Source: Gammaproteobacteria bacterium (lineage in GTDB: Bacteria > Pseudomonadota > Gammaproteobacteria > UBA4575). From it: 64,000 nt of DNA. The notes under the pieces are model-generated. The model worked only from the letters and a program-made list of their open reading frames with translations, did not search any database and had not been told where the DNA came from. The position numbers were made by a program, and so were the translations under genes. Every line of letters starts with the position of its first letter. Position 1 is the stretch's first letter. The stretch spans positions 416,001-480,000 of the forward strand of contig CBDCUI010000009.1 of assembly GCA_965222615.1 (NCBI GenBank), read 5' to 3'. Below, one piece after another: positions 43,001 through 51,376 of this stretch.

Positions 43001-43528
43001 CTTTATAATGAACTTTTGGCACGTGCAGTCGCTGCACTGAAGGCTGGGGATATACCTGAACTTGATCAACCTTTTGAGCAAGGCATTGAGGTGGATTTAG
43101 GTATGCCAGCCCTGCTCCCTGAAGACTATGTGCCTGATGTGCATACTCGATTGGTGTTATACAAGCGCATTGCTAGTGCCAAGGCACAGGATGATCTAGA
43201 TGACCTTGAAGTTGAACTGATTGATCGTTTTGGCTTATTGCCTGAATACGCCAAAAACTTATTTCACGTCACTCGACTCAAGCTTATCGCAACAAATTTT
43301 GGAGTTATTCGCATTGAAGTAGGTCATGAAATAATACGTCTACGCTTTGCTAAAACACCTAATATAGATGTAAACAAATTATTATTTCTCATTCAAAATG
43401 ATCCGGAAATGTATAAACTGGATGGATCTGAGAAATTGACTATTTATACCGAAACAAACAATATTCAGGAACGTTTTGATACTATAGTAGGTCTATTAAA
43501 CAATCTACAATTAAAACAAGCTGCTTAA
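40073..43528 (+). CDS. mfd: Transcription-repair coupling factor
   Basis: 1151 aa; CGDVGFGKTEVAMRAAF, DEEQRFG, TATPIPRT and QIRGRVGR motifs. Confidence 0.98.
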   Translation: MNIFNPPLPNQGHKHITWGRTYGCSKGLVLAQAIEQSNGLTLIVTPDIQSAQLLQSELDFFCDPDTKIYVFPDSETLPYDVFSPHEDIISDRVLTLCSLPKIKQGALIISASTILTRLAPKSFVLGQTLNLAVNEQIDLETFKQTLIKAGYQYVSQVISHGEFAVRGSIIDLYPMGCKSPYRIDLLDDEIETIRIFNPETQVSSDKVDKLQILPAREFPTDDASIKRFRQNYRVQFEGDPNKSVIYRDVSNNNLPSGIEYYLPLFCEETSTFFDYIPENCQLVLIENTIEIAEEFENDIFSRYEQRKYDLERPPLHPKQLWISTEYFEKNIYKYNTIRLQQYELEQLHRDQYNFDTHALPNVAINTHIKEPASELKRFIETKNYKILFISESPGRREYLLDVLKGFALHPTTVDNWHEFLKLETKIAITIGPLEEGLVLEQDNIAIITENNLFGARAKQKRQRRRQIRDAEALIKNLSDLSEGSPVVHEDHGVGRYKGLKTLTLSGTETEFLTLEYTDGDILYVPVSSLHLISRYTGASEENAPLHRLGGEAWKNIKRRAAERARDVAAELLDIYSRREAKQGYQYEVDHIELNSFCTTFPYEETPDQQKAIDDVTVDMQSTRPMDRVVCGDVGFGKTEVAMRAAFIAASSGKQVAVLVPTTLLASQHFQSFSDRFADWPLRIEHISRFISAKNQKIILSGLEQGTVDIIIGTHKLLSSDIKFKNLGLIVVDEEQRFGVRQKEVLKKMRTEVDVLTLTATPIPRTLNMSLSGLRDLSIIATPPNHRHAIKTFVSTWNDHMIQEACLRELKRGGQVFFLHNEVKTIEKTAKEIQQLLPDTTIKIAHGQMPERDLEQVMLDFYHQRFSILVCTTIIENGIDIPSANTIIINRADKLGLSQLHQIRGRVGRSHHRAYAYLIAPPRAVITADAAKRLEAIESLEDLGVGFTLATHDLEIRGAGELLGAEQSGQIQEIGFTLYNELLARAVAALKAGDIPELDQPFEQGIEVDLGMPALLPEDYVPDVHTRLVLYKRIASAKAQDDLDDLEVELIDRFGLLPEYAKNLFHVTRLKLIATNFGVIRIEVGHEIIRLRFAKTPNIDVNKLLFLIQNDPEMYKLDGSEKLTIYTETNNIQERFDTIVGLLNNLQLKQAA

Positions 43529-43537
43529 TTTCAGTAT

Positions 43538-44215
43538 ATGAATTTCAAAATAAAATTATACGTTCTGGTACTTATACTAAATGCCTGTCCAGTGGCTCTT
43601 GCCAAGGACTATATTGTAGAAATGATTTTTTTTGCTGACACCAGTAATTCAGCAGCAAGCTCTTTACATATTTCAACACAACCTGTTGTTCCAAATTTAC
43701 AAGGCTCATTAATTTTAAATGACAATGCTGTCTCTCATGGTTTTATCCCCTACCCAAACGAAGCGTTAACCTTAACGAATCAAGCTGCGGCCCTCAAAAA
43801 AACAGGCCGCTATAGAATATTAAAACATATTGCTTGGTTACAACCTGGCCTTGCGCGTGAAGAAGCTATCCCGGTTCGCATACATGCCGGTAAAAACTAT
43901 CGTAACGAATTCCGTGAGCGGTCATTTGCTCAGGCAGATTTTAGTGACCGAAAACTTCCTAAAAATCATCCGGTTAATGAGCTCGACGGCACGGTAAAAG
44001 TGGTGCTAGGCCGCTACTTACATGTGTATACGGATTTAGCCTATCGCAGGCCATTTTCGATAAATTCTTTTGCTGAGGGTAATGCACTTGGCCGTGACCG
44101 AGTATTGGCTGACTTTGCAGTTAAAACGCATCGCAAAATGCGCAGCAAACAACTCCATTACCTTGATCACCCATTGCTGGGAATATTGGTAGAAATCCGA
44201 CCCGCCGACTCCTAA
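43538..44215 (+). CDS. Peptidoglycan-binding protein, CsiV family
   Basis: Y.VEMIFF, YRILKHIAW.QP, RKMRSKQLHYLDHP.LG motifs; follows mfd. Confidence 0.85.
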   Translation: MNFKIKLYVLVLILNACPVALAKDYIVEMIFFADTSNSAASSLHISTQPVVPNLQGSLILNDNAVSHGFIPYPNEALTLTNQAAALKKTGRYRILKHIAWLQPGLAREEAIPVRIHAGKNYRNEFRERSFAQADFSDRKLPKNHPVNELDGTVKVVLGRYLHVYTDLAYRRPFSINSFAEGNALGRDRVLADFAVKTHRKMRSKQLHYLDHPLLGILVEIRPADS

Positions 44216-44307
44216 TCATCAACACCTTTGTCCTTGAAAAGTAGCTTTGCAGTCACTTGTAGTAGTTACAAAAGAACCTTTGGTAAGATATTCATAACCT
44301 TATATAT

Positions 44308-44934
44308 TTGACTTCGCTTTCCATCGAGTTTTGCTGCGATACATTACGCCCAACTGTAAATTTATATGGGCACCAGCAAATGGAAAACGAGCTAGCTAAT
44401 CCTTATTTACCCCCAAAAAGCGCTGTACAAACCGAAGCATCCACTTCATCAGAAGCCTATTTTTTTGCCGTATCACCTATCAAATTAACTTTAATGTCAT
44501 TTTGTACATTTGGTCTTTATGAACTATTCTGGTTTTATAAAAATTGGGTAATTATCAGAGAAAGAACAGGGAAAAATCTTCTTGCATTTGTAAGAGCATT
44601 CTTTGCACCCATCTGGGCCTATAGTTGCTTTAAACACATCAAAACTTCTGCCATTAATCACAATCTCGAGGCTTCAATTTCCATCGGTTTATTAGCTGTA
44701 GCCTATTTCATACTATCTGTATTATGGCAGCTGCCTGACCCATATTGGCTAGTCTCATGCTTTACTTTCACCTGCTTACTGCCCGCAAATGATCTAGCCA
44801 TTAAGCTAAATGCTCAACTGACTCCAGAATTTAATAACAATAAGTTCTCGGCATGGAATTGGGTCGCGCTAGTGCTAGGCGGATCGTTTTTTATCTTAGC
44901 GATAATTGGAACATTTATGCCGGCAGAATATTAG
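44308..44934 (+). CDS. Membrane hypothetical protein (DUF4234-like; likely start 44380)
   Basis: NPY.PP N-terminus, CTFGLY..FWFYKNW motif, four TM segments. Confidence 0.65.
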   Translation: MTSLSIEFCCDTLRPTVNLYGHQQMENELANPYLPPKSAVQTEASTSSEAYFFAVSPIKLTLMSFCTFGLYELFWFYKNWVIIRERTGKNLLAFVRAFFAPIWAYSCFKHIKTSAINHNLEASISIGLLAVAYFILSVLWQLPDPYWLVSCFTFTCLLPANDLAIKLNAQLTPEFNNNKFSAWNWVALVLGGSFFILAIIGTFMPAEY

Positions 44935-44963
44935 GCCTAGTCGCACTATTCAACTGCAGTGGA

Positions 44964-45710
44964 TCAATTAGTTGCCAAGCTAATACAAGCTAACAATAAT
45001 TTGTGTACCGAGCCCATACCTTTTTGTACACATTGTTGAATTTCACCTATTGAAATTTCTTCTTTACTCTTTCCTGCAGCCCAATTTACACACAATGCAC
45101 AGCATGCATAACAAAGCCCAAGTTCTTTAGCTAAAGCGGCCTCAGGCATTCCCGTCATTCCCACAATGTCACAGCCATCTTTTTCCATGCGTATAATTTC
45201 TGCGGCCGTTTCTAAACGTGGTCCTTGCATCGCTCCATAAGTAGCACCTGCAAATACATCTAAGTCAATATCATTAGCGGCTTGCAACAACATTTCCCTT
45301 AACTCATTACAATAAGGGTTAGTAAAATCGATATGACTTACAGATTGTAAGTCATCTTCAAAAAATGTGTGCTTACGTGAGTGAGTGTAGTCAATAATTT
45401 GATCAGGGATGATAATTTTCTTGGGGGGAATATCTAAGTGGATTCCACCTACTGCAGCAACTGCAATTACATGTGTAATTCCAATACTGTGTAAGCCCCA
45501 TATATTGGCACGATAATTTATCTTATGAGGAGGTATCGCATGTGTGGCCCCATGTCTTGGTAAAAAAATAATTTCATGACCAGCTAACTCGCCAAAGATA
45601 AACTCTCCACTTGCTGGTCCGTACGGTGTATCGATGTTTTTTTTAGACGTTATTTGTAAATCGTCGATTGAGGTGAGCCCTGTTCCTCCGATAATTGCAA
45701 TCCGCTTCAT
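44964..45710 (-). CDS. S-methyl-5'-thioinosine / MTA phosphorylase
   Basis: IIGGTG, PRHG..H.IPPH.INYRAN, QGPRLET.AE and VGMT.MPEA motifs. Confidence 0.92.
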   Translation of the reverse strand: MKRIAIIGGTGLTSIDDLQITSKKNIDTPYGPASGEFIFGELAGHEIIFLPRHGATHAIPPHKINYRANIWGLHSIGITHVIAVAAVGGIHLDIPPKKIIIPDQIIDYTHSRKHTFFEDDLQSVSHIDFTNPYCNELREMLLQAANDIDLDVFAGATYGAMQGPRLETAAEIIRMEKDGCDIVGMTGMPEAALAKELGLCYACCALCVNWAAGKSKEEISIGEIQQCVQKGMGSVHKLLLACISLATN

Positions 45711-45719
45711 ACTCTTTTC

Positions 45720-45856
45720 TTAGGGAGACTCTGATTTATTAATGAAATGACTGAGATTAGGCAAAAAATAACGAGAAAGCGGAGTGTATATGCTAATACA
45801 TGAGCATTTCGAGATATTTTTTAACGCCATATCAGAATAAATCAGGGTTTCCCTAG
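45720..45856 (+). repeat. Palindromic MITE-like repeat, copy C
   Basis: GGAGACTCTGATTTATT...AATAAATCAGGGTTTCC ends, core GAAAGCGGAGTGTAT...ATACATGAGCATTT; flanked by TTAG and CTAG (the latter overlaps the hpt stop). Confidence 0.82.
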
Positions 45857-46410
45857 TTTTCGTTTACGGCATAGACATCAGTCAGATTCCGCCAATACCC
45901 TTTATAGTCCATCCCCCAACCAAATACATACCGATCTATTACCTCAAGCCCAACAATGTCTGGGTCGTTATCAGTGTGTTTTTTTGCCAGAATTTTTTTT
46001 AATAATACTACTGACGACACTTTTCTAGCACCTTTAGCATCGCAATAGGCAATCAGTTCTTGCATGGTATAACCTTCGTCAAAAATATCGTCTATCAAAA
46101 AAACCAAGCGATCTTTCAGACTAATATCTGGTTCTTTATGCCAGTGGATACTACCACCTTGAGTTTGATCTCGATATCGATCTACATGTACATAATCTAA
46201 TTCAATAGGTGATTGAATACGCTTCATAAGCTCAGATGTAAATAAAAGACCACCCTTCATCACACATAAAAATACCGGCACTTCATTTTCAAATAAATTT
46301 TTTAATTTTGCAGCAACTTGGTCAATTGCTACCTCCATTTCTTTTTTTGAAATTAGAACATCGGCATTTTCCTTCGTTTCCAATGCATCTTTTGATATTG
46401 AATCATCCAT
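45853..46410 (-). CDS. hpt: Hypoxanthine-guanine phosphoribosyltransferase
   Basis: LCVMKGGL.F, LIDDIFDEG.T PRPP motif, YVFGWGMDY. Confidence 0.9.
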   Translation of the reverse strand: MDDSISKDALETKENADVLISKKEMEVAIDQVAAKLKNLFENEVPVFLCVMKGGLLFTSELMKRIQSPIELDYVHVDRYRDQTQGGSIHWHKEPDISLKDRLVFLIDDIFDEGYTMQELIAYCDAKGARKVSSVVLLKKILAKKHTDNDPDIVGLEVIDRYVFGWGMDYKGYWRNLTDVYAVNEN

Positions 46411-46419
46411 GGAATTAAA

Positions 46420-47538
46420 TTATGCGCTTTGCGCAGAAATTACATCTGCAGCAGCTTTGTCAGCATGTAGTACCTGTGTGGGAAAGGCAATTTCGGCATT
46501 ATGTTTTTCAATTATTTCAGAAATTTTTAATAGCACATCATGCTTCACTTCATGATATTTAATCCAGTTTGTGGTCTTAGTGAAGGTATAGACAAAGAAA
46601 TCTACTGAAGACTCACTGAACTGATTAAAATTAACAATCATAGTTTGATTTTTATCTATTTCTTCATGCTCCATTAACATTTGTTTCACGTCTTCAACAA
46701 TTGTGTTCATCACCTTAATATCGTCATAGCGTATGCCGATAGTTTCATAAATACGTCTGTGAGACATACGTGAAGGATTCTCAACAATGATATTCATAAA
46801 AATAGAATTTGGCACATAGATTGGACGCTTACTAAAAGTTCGTATTCTTGTCTGACGCCAACCGATTTCTTCAACTGTGCCTTCTAATTCCTTATCAGGA
46901 GAGCGTATCCAATCCCCTACTCGAAAAGGGCGATCGAGGTAAATCATTAAGCCACCAAAAAAATTTGACAACAAGTCTTTTGCGGCAAAACCTACTGCAA
47001 TACCGCCTATTCCACCAAAAGCCAACACACCGGAAATACTAAATCCAAGTGTTTGCAACATCACCAAACCCGCAGTGATAAAAACAGATGCGCGTACGAG
47101 TTTTGTCAAGGCATGTGTTGTGGTTAAATCAACAGACTCACCTTTCTGATAGCATCTTTTAATAAAAGCTTTTTCAAATTCTTTAACAAACCGAATTAAA
47201 AACCAGGCTAAGATTGCAATGATGGCAACTTCCCTAATCGGTTCTACTGCCTGAAAGATTTCTGCATCAGTCCTGCTTGCAACGATATCAGCTGCAAATA
47301 AAATACCAATAATCCAAATTAAAATTCTTAACGGTTTTTCAACCGTATTTACAAAGGCATCATCCCAAGGGTTTTCTGATTGTGCTACCTTCTTGCTGAG
47401 CTTTCGCAAAAAAATTCTAACAACAAAATTAAAACATAAAACAGCTAAAACGATGACAAACACTTGCACAACCCATGGGCCAAGATAATCTGACATAGTT
47501 AAATTATTAAAGAAGTTCGATAAGTCTATTTTTTCCAT
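46420..47538 (-). CDS. MscS family mechanosensitive channel (YnaI-like)
   Basis: GGIGGIAVGFAAKD and DRPF.VGDWI motifs. Confidence 0.93.
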   Translation of the reverse strand: MEKIDLSNFFNNLTMSDYLGPWVVQVFVIVLAVLCFNFVVRIFLRKLSKKVAQSENPWDDAFVNTVEKPLRILIWIIGILFAADIVASRTDAEIFQAVEPIREVAIIAILAWFLIRFVKEFEKAFIKRCYQKGESVDLTTTHALTKLVRASVFITAGLVMLQTLGFSISGVLAFGGIGGIAVGFAAKDLLSNFFGGLMIYLDRPFRVGDWIRSPDKELEGTVEEIGWRQTRIRTFSKRPIYVPNSIFMNIIVENPSRMSHRRIYETIGIRYDDIKVMNTIVEDVKQMLMEHEEIDKNQTMIVNFNQFSESSVDFFVYTFTKTTNWIKYHEVKHDVLLKISEIIEKHNAEIAFPTQVLHADKAAADVISAQSA

Positions 47539-47567
47539 TATTAAACTTTAGTTTTCTACGATGAGTT

Positions 47568-48617
47568 CTAAATTGTGAGTTCACCATATGGTGAATCTTG
47601 ATATGATTCAACTTGTGCTACAGCATACTTCCATTCATTTGTATCACGCAAAATCTGATAAGAAGGTGGATCTTTGCCTCCATGCATTCGAGTTAAACGA
47701 ATTTGTGATGCTGGATTGTTATAGTTTTCTAGTCTCTCTGCAACTTCACAAGACTGATCACTAGCATTACAAATTAACACCATATCGCAACCTGCACGTA
47801 AAGCTTTTTCAGCACGTTGTAAATATTCAGAATCACATTCAGCTGCTTTCATACTAAGATCATCACTGAAAATGACACCTTTAAAATCTAACTGTTGGCG
47901 CAAAACAATATCCAACCATTTTTTTGAATAAGTCGCTACTTCACTATCTACTTTTTCGTAAACGACATGGGCACTCATAATTCCTGCCAGGCCATGATCA
48001 ATCATGCGTTGAAACGGCACCAAATCGTCCATCAAAATATCTTGGAAATCACGACTATCGGTAGGTAAATCGATGTGTGAATCTGCAATCACTGCACCAT
48101 GGCCAGGAAAATGTTTACCTACTGCCTGCATACCTGCTTTTCGCATTCCATGTATATAACGTAATGCCAGTGTAGATACGACATCGGGATCTTTATGAAA
48201 GGCACGATCTCCAATGACCTTACTCACTCCATGATCGAGATCGAGTATTGGTGCAAAACTGAAATCAACACCAATTGACCGCAATTCAGCTGCCATCAAC
48301 CAGCCAGTTACTTCCGCTAATTCACATGCCCGTGAGGCATCCGCCTCATATTCCTTGCCCAACAAACTAAGCGCTGGCAATTGTGTAAAGCCATCACGCA
48401 AACGTTGTACTCGCCCGCCTTCTTGGTCGATGGCCACCAGCAGTCTCGGATGACGGATTGCGTGAATCTCATCAATAAGATCTATTAGATTTTCAACTGA
48501 AGTAAAATTACGACTAAATAGGATGACGCCTCCTACCTGAGGTGATTCCAAAAGCTTGCGTTCTCGTGCAGAAATGCTATCTGCACAAAGATCTACCATG
48601 AGTGGACCAAGTGACAT
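47568..48617 (-). CDS. nagZ: Beta-N-acetylhexosaminidase
   Basis: DQEGGRVQR, KHFPGHG...DSH and SDDLSM motifs. Confidence 0.97.
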   Translation of the reverse strand: MSLGPLMVDLCADSISARERKLLESPQVGGVILFSRNFTSVENLIDLIDEIHAIRHPRLLVAIDQEGGRVQRLRDGFTQLPALSLLGKEYEADASRACELAEVTGWLMAAELRSIGVDFSFAPILDLDHGVSKVIGDRAFHKDPDVVSTLALRYIHGMRKAGMQAVGKHFPGHGAVIADSHIDLPTDSRDFQDILMDDLVPFQRMIDHGLAGIMSAHVVYEKVDSEVATYSKKWLDIVLRQQLDFKGVIFSDDLSMKAAECDSEYLQRAEKALRAGCDMVLICNASDQSCEVAERLENYNNPASQIRLTRMHGGKDPPSYQILRDTNEWKYAVAQVESYQDSPYGELTI

Positions 48618-48707
48618 TGAGTGAATTATTCGCTAAACCGCGCTGAAATTGAAGTTAGGTTTCTCCACTTGATTAAGAAAGTGGGTCATTCCAACAGATT
48701 ACCTAGA

Positions 48708-48740
48708 CAAAAAAAGGCCGCCAATCTAGGCGGCCGAATC
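48708..48740 (-). terminator. Intrinsic terminator of the hemerythrin-like gene, homologous to the sRNA terminator
   Basis: Minus strand GATTC-GGCCGCC-TAGATT-GGCGGCC-T7. Confidence 0.85.
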
Positions 48741-48803
48741 TAAAACAGGCTGCTTATGAGATCAATCAAGCCTCATTATGTAGCTTACTAAACCAAAATA
48801 TTA

Positions 48804-49376
48804 TCAATTCAACCTATGAGTATTTGCCTTCTCTTCCGTTGTTAGATGACAGATCTTATCAGTGATAACAAAGTGATTAGCCTCGTCGGATGAATTTAAA
48901 TTTGATTTAAAATTCTTACTCAATTTTTTAATTTGGTTAGTCGTAAGCATCAATTTCAAAAGCGGCAAAATCGTATTTACTTCTGTATCCATATGTTCCC
49001 TTTGTCGTTGAATACATGTATCTAATTGTTCTTCAAATATTTTTTTCTCGAAAACAGTATCACCCATTGCGGCTTTGACATATTCACGTAGAGATTTTGC
49101 CAATGCTTTGAGCTCGGTGTTTTCTGCACGGTATTGATTTATTAGGCTATTAAAGCCATAAAAATTGTATTTTTCAGTTGATTCACGAAATATTGCATTT
49201 TCTTTCGGAATCAAGAAAGAGTCTGGATATGCTTCGATAAAATTTACCGCATCCAGTAATGCAAGATAATCAACATCCTCACCGTTATGAAGTAATTCCA
49301 ATTGATCTGAAAGAAAATCTAATACTTTACCTACCTTTTCACGTCCATTTTTTATGTAATCTATGATGTTTTCCAT
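48804..49376 (-). CDS. Hemerythrin-like (HHE) domain protein with degenerate metal ligands
   Basis: Pattern D..L..DAV.FI..YPD....PKE...F and QREHM..E...LP. Confidence 0.7.
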   Translation of the reverse strand: MENIIDYIKNGREKVGKVLDFLSDQLELLHNGEDVDYLALLDAVNFIEAYPDSFLIPKENAIFRESTEKYNFYGFNSLINQYRAENTELKALAKSLREYVKAAMGDTVFEKKIFEEQLDTCIQRQREHMDTEVNTILPLLKLMLTTNQIKKLSKNFKSNLNSSDEANHFVITDKICHLTTEEKANTHRLN

Positions 49377-49757
49377 AACAAATTCCCCTTTTTAAAATCC
49401 CTTAATCAAAATAAATAGTATTATTAACAACGAGTTATGTAATTAATTGATTAATCATGTTTTTGGCAATATTAATAAAATATTTGGATATGAGGATAAA
49501 TACATGACAAAACGTAATGCTTTTGGGATATATGGAGCCACTTATTTGAGCCACAGACATGTCAGTCGAGATGGCAGTCAAATGACCTACTCGAGTCAGA
49601 AATGATTCAATTAGTGTATCTACAATACAGTCTGCGCTAAGACCCTACTCCGAAAGGACCAATAACCTCGAGTAAATTACTTGCTAAATGACACCGAAGT
49701 TGGACTACTTTCCTTGCCGATTCAACCGGTCATTTGAAATAAGACAAAAGAATTAAA

Positions 49758-50330
49758 TTAAATTTCTTTTTTTGCATTGTCTACTATTTTTATCGCAATT
49801 TTTTTAGCTTTTATTGCAGCTTTGTAATCACCGGTTACATGTGCGACAGCAATTGCACCTTCTTGTAATAAATTTATCTCTTCGGCCACACGCAAAGAAT
49901 CTTTTAAATTTGCTGCCCTGGCCAACTCTTCGAAGTAAGCCAACATTAATCTCTTATGTAATTTAGCTTCTTGAAAAACTGGATTTTTTTTATCACTGTA
50001 TTCACCAGCTGCGCTCACGAATGGGCAACCATAAAAAGACTTATTTATGAACCAAGTTTCTAAGTAATCAAATGTAGCCAATAGTTTTCGTGTAGGTTCT
50101 TTTGCTTTTTTTTCAACATAGTGCTGCATTCGTTCTCGATATTCTTTATCAATGCGCTTTAATACTGTGATGATGAGTTCTTCTTTGGTTTCAAAATGAC
50201 GATACAAAGTGGTTTTTGCAATACCTGCTTCTGCAATAACTTTATCCACACCAGCTGCATGATAACCATAGCGATTAAATAACTTAGTCGCTACCTTGAT
50301 TAATTGTTCTCGTTTCTCTGCACGTTTCAT
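49758..50330 (-). CDS. TetR family regulator
   Basis: LF...GYHA.GVD.VIAEAGIAK.TLY.HF.TKEEL HTH; FYGCPF motif. Confidence 0.95.
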   Translation of the reverse strand: MKRAEKREQLIKVATKLFNRYGYHAAGVDKVIAEAGIAKTTLYRHFETKEELIITVLKRIDKEYRERMQHYVEKKAKEPTRKLLATFDYLETWFINKSFYGCPFVSAAGEYSDKKNPVFQEAKLHKRLMLAYFEELARAANLKDSLRVAEEINLLQEGAIAVAHVTGDYKAAIKAKKIAIKIVDNAKKEI

Positions 50331-50462
50331 TATCAGCTTATTAAGTAAACATACCGGTTAGTATTATTTAGATGTAGGAAGACAACAAAATATTTTTAAA
50401 ATTTTTCATCTATTAATCTATAACATATTGTTTAATAAGTAAATATAGATATTAATCAAATC

Positions 50463-50516
50463 TTGACAAACGATACAGATCTGTCTACAGTGTGCGATAT
50501 AAGATACAGATCTGTA
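50463..50516 (+). promoter_or_regulatory. Sigma70 promoter of the P460 gene with two palindromic operators
   Basis: TTGACA (50463-68), 17 nt spacer, TACAGT (50486-91); GATACAGATCTGT occurs in the spacer and again near 50503-50515; a TetR gene is divergent. Confidence 0.75.
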
Positions 50517-50540
50517 GCGTTTATTTGCGACACTACTTAA

Positions 50541-51209
50541 ATGCTTTATCTCAGCGATTTAGGACTAACTAACAAATATATATACATATTGAGGAGAGTA
50601 CCCATGAGATCACATATCAAATCTATGAGCATATTTCTTATGTTGTTGTCATTTTTATTCATCGGTAGCGTTATTGTCTATTCTAATACCGCTTTTTCTA
50701 ACACAACCCCTTCATGGGGACCCAAATGGAATGCTAAAGGTGAACTAGTATTACCGAGTAATTATCACACTTGGGTATTTCTAGGCTCTCCCTTAACACC
50801 ACATGCATTAAACGACGGCAAAGCTGGATTTCCTGAATACCATAATGTTTATATTCAACCTGAAGCCTTCGAAATCTATCGAAAAACCGGTGACTTTCCA
50901 GAGGGCACAATTCTTTTAAAAGAACTACAACTCACTATGCCTGGCACTTATGACGATGGTTCTCGCATGGAAGCATCCGGACGTGGCTTTTTCCCAGCAC
51001 AGTTAAATGGCATAGATATTTCAGTTAAAGATAGTGTGCGTTTTAAAGATACCAATGGTTGGGGCTTTTTTAACTTTGGTCATCATGCTCCACCATATGC
51101 AAAAACATCAGCTGCATTGCCTAAAGACGCCTGCGCAGCTTGCCATATAGCAAATGCTGATGGCATGGTATTTATCAAATTTTATACACCAATTTTAAAC
51201 GCAAAATAG
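50541..51209 (+). CDS. Cytochrome P460 family protein (likely start 50604)
   Basis: Signal peptide; GSPLTP..LN.GKA.FPEYHNVY, GTILLKEL, SVKD..RF, C-terminal CAACH; GAGGAG RBS before 50604. Confidence 0.92.
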   Translation: MLYLSDLGLTNKYIYILRRVPMRSHIKSMSIFLMLLSFLFIGSVIVYSNTAFSNTTPSWGPKWNAKGELVLPSNYHTWVFLGSPLTPHALNDGKAGFPEYHNVYIQPEAFEIYRKTGDFPEGTILLKELQLTMPGTYDDGSRMEASGRGFFPAQLNGIDISVKDSVRFKDTNGWGFFNFGHHAPPYAKTSAALPKDACAACHIANADGMVFIKFYTPILNAK

Positions 51210-51226
51210 AACTTGTTCCCCAGCCT

Positions 51227-51273
51227 GAAAGCCTGCGCCCTTCCTCCCCATTTTTATGCAGGCTTTCTTCTTT
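51227..51273 (+). terminator. Intrinsic terminator with an unusually large loop
   Basis: GAAAGCCTGC, 21 nt loop, GCAGGCTTTC, then TTCTTT. Confidence 0.6.
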
Positions 51274-51376
51274 GCAATGAGAAATATTATGAATTCACCA
51301 ATCGATGGCGAAAATCGATGGGGTCAAACTGATCATACCCTGGTTTGGTGGAGTCCAAGAAAGAGGATGGTTTAGT

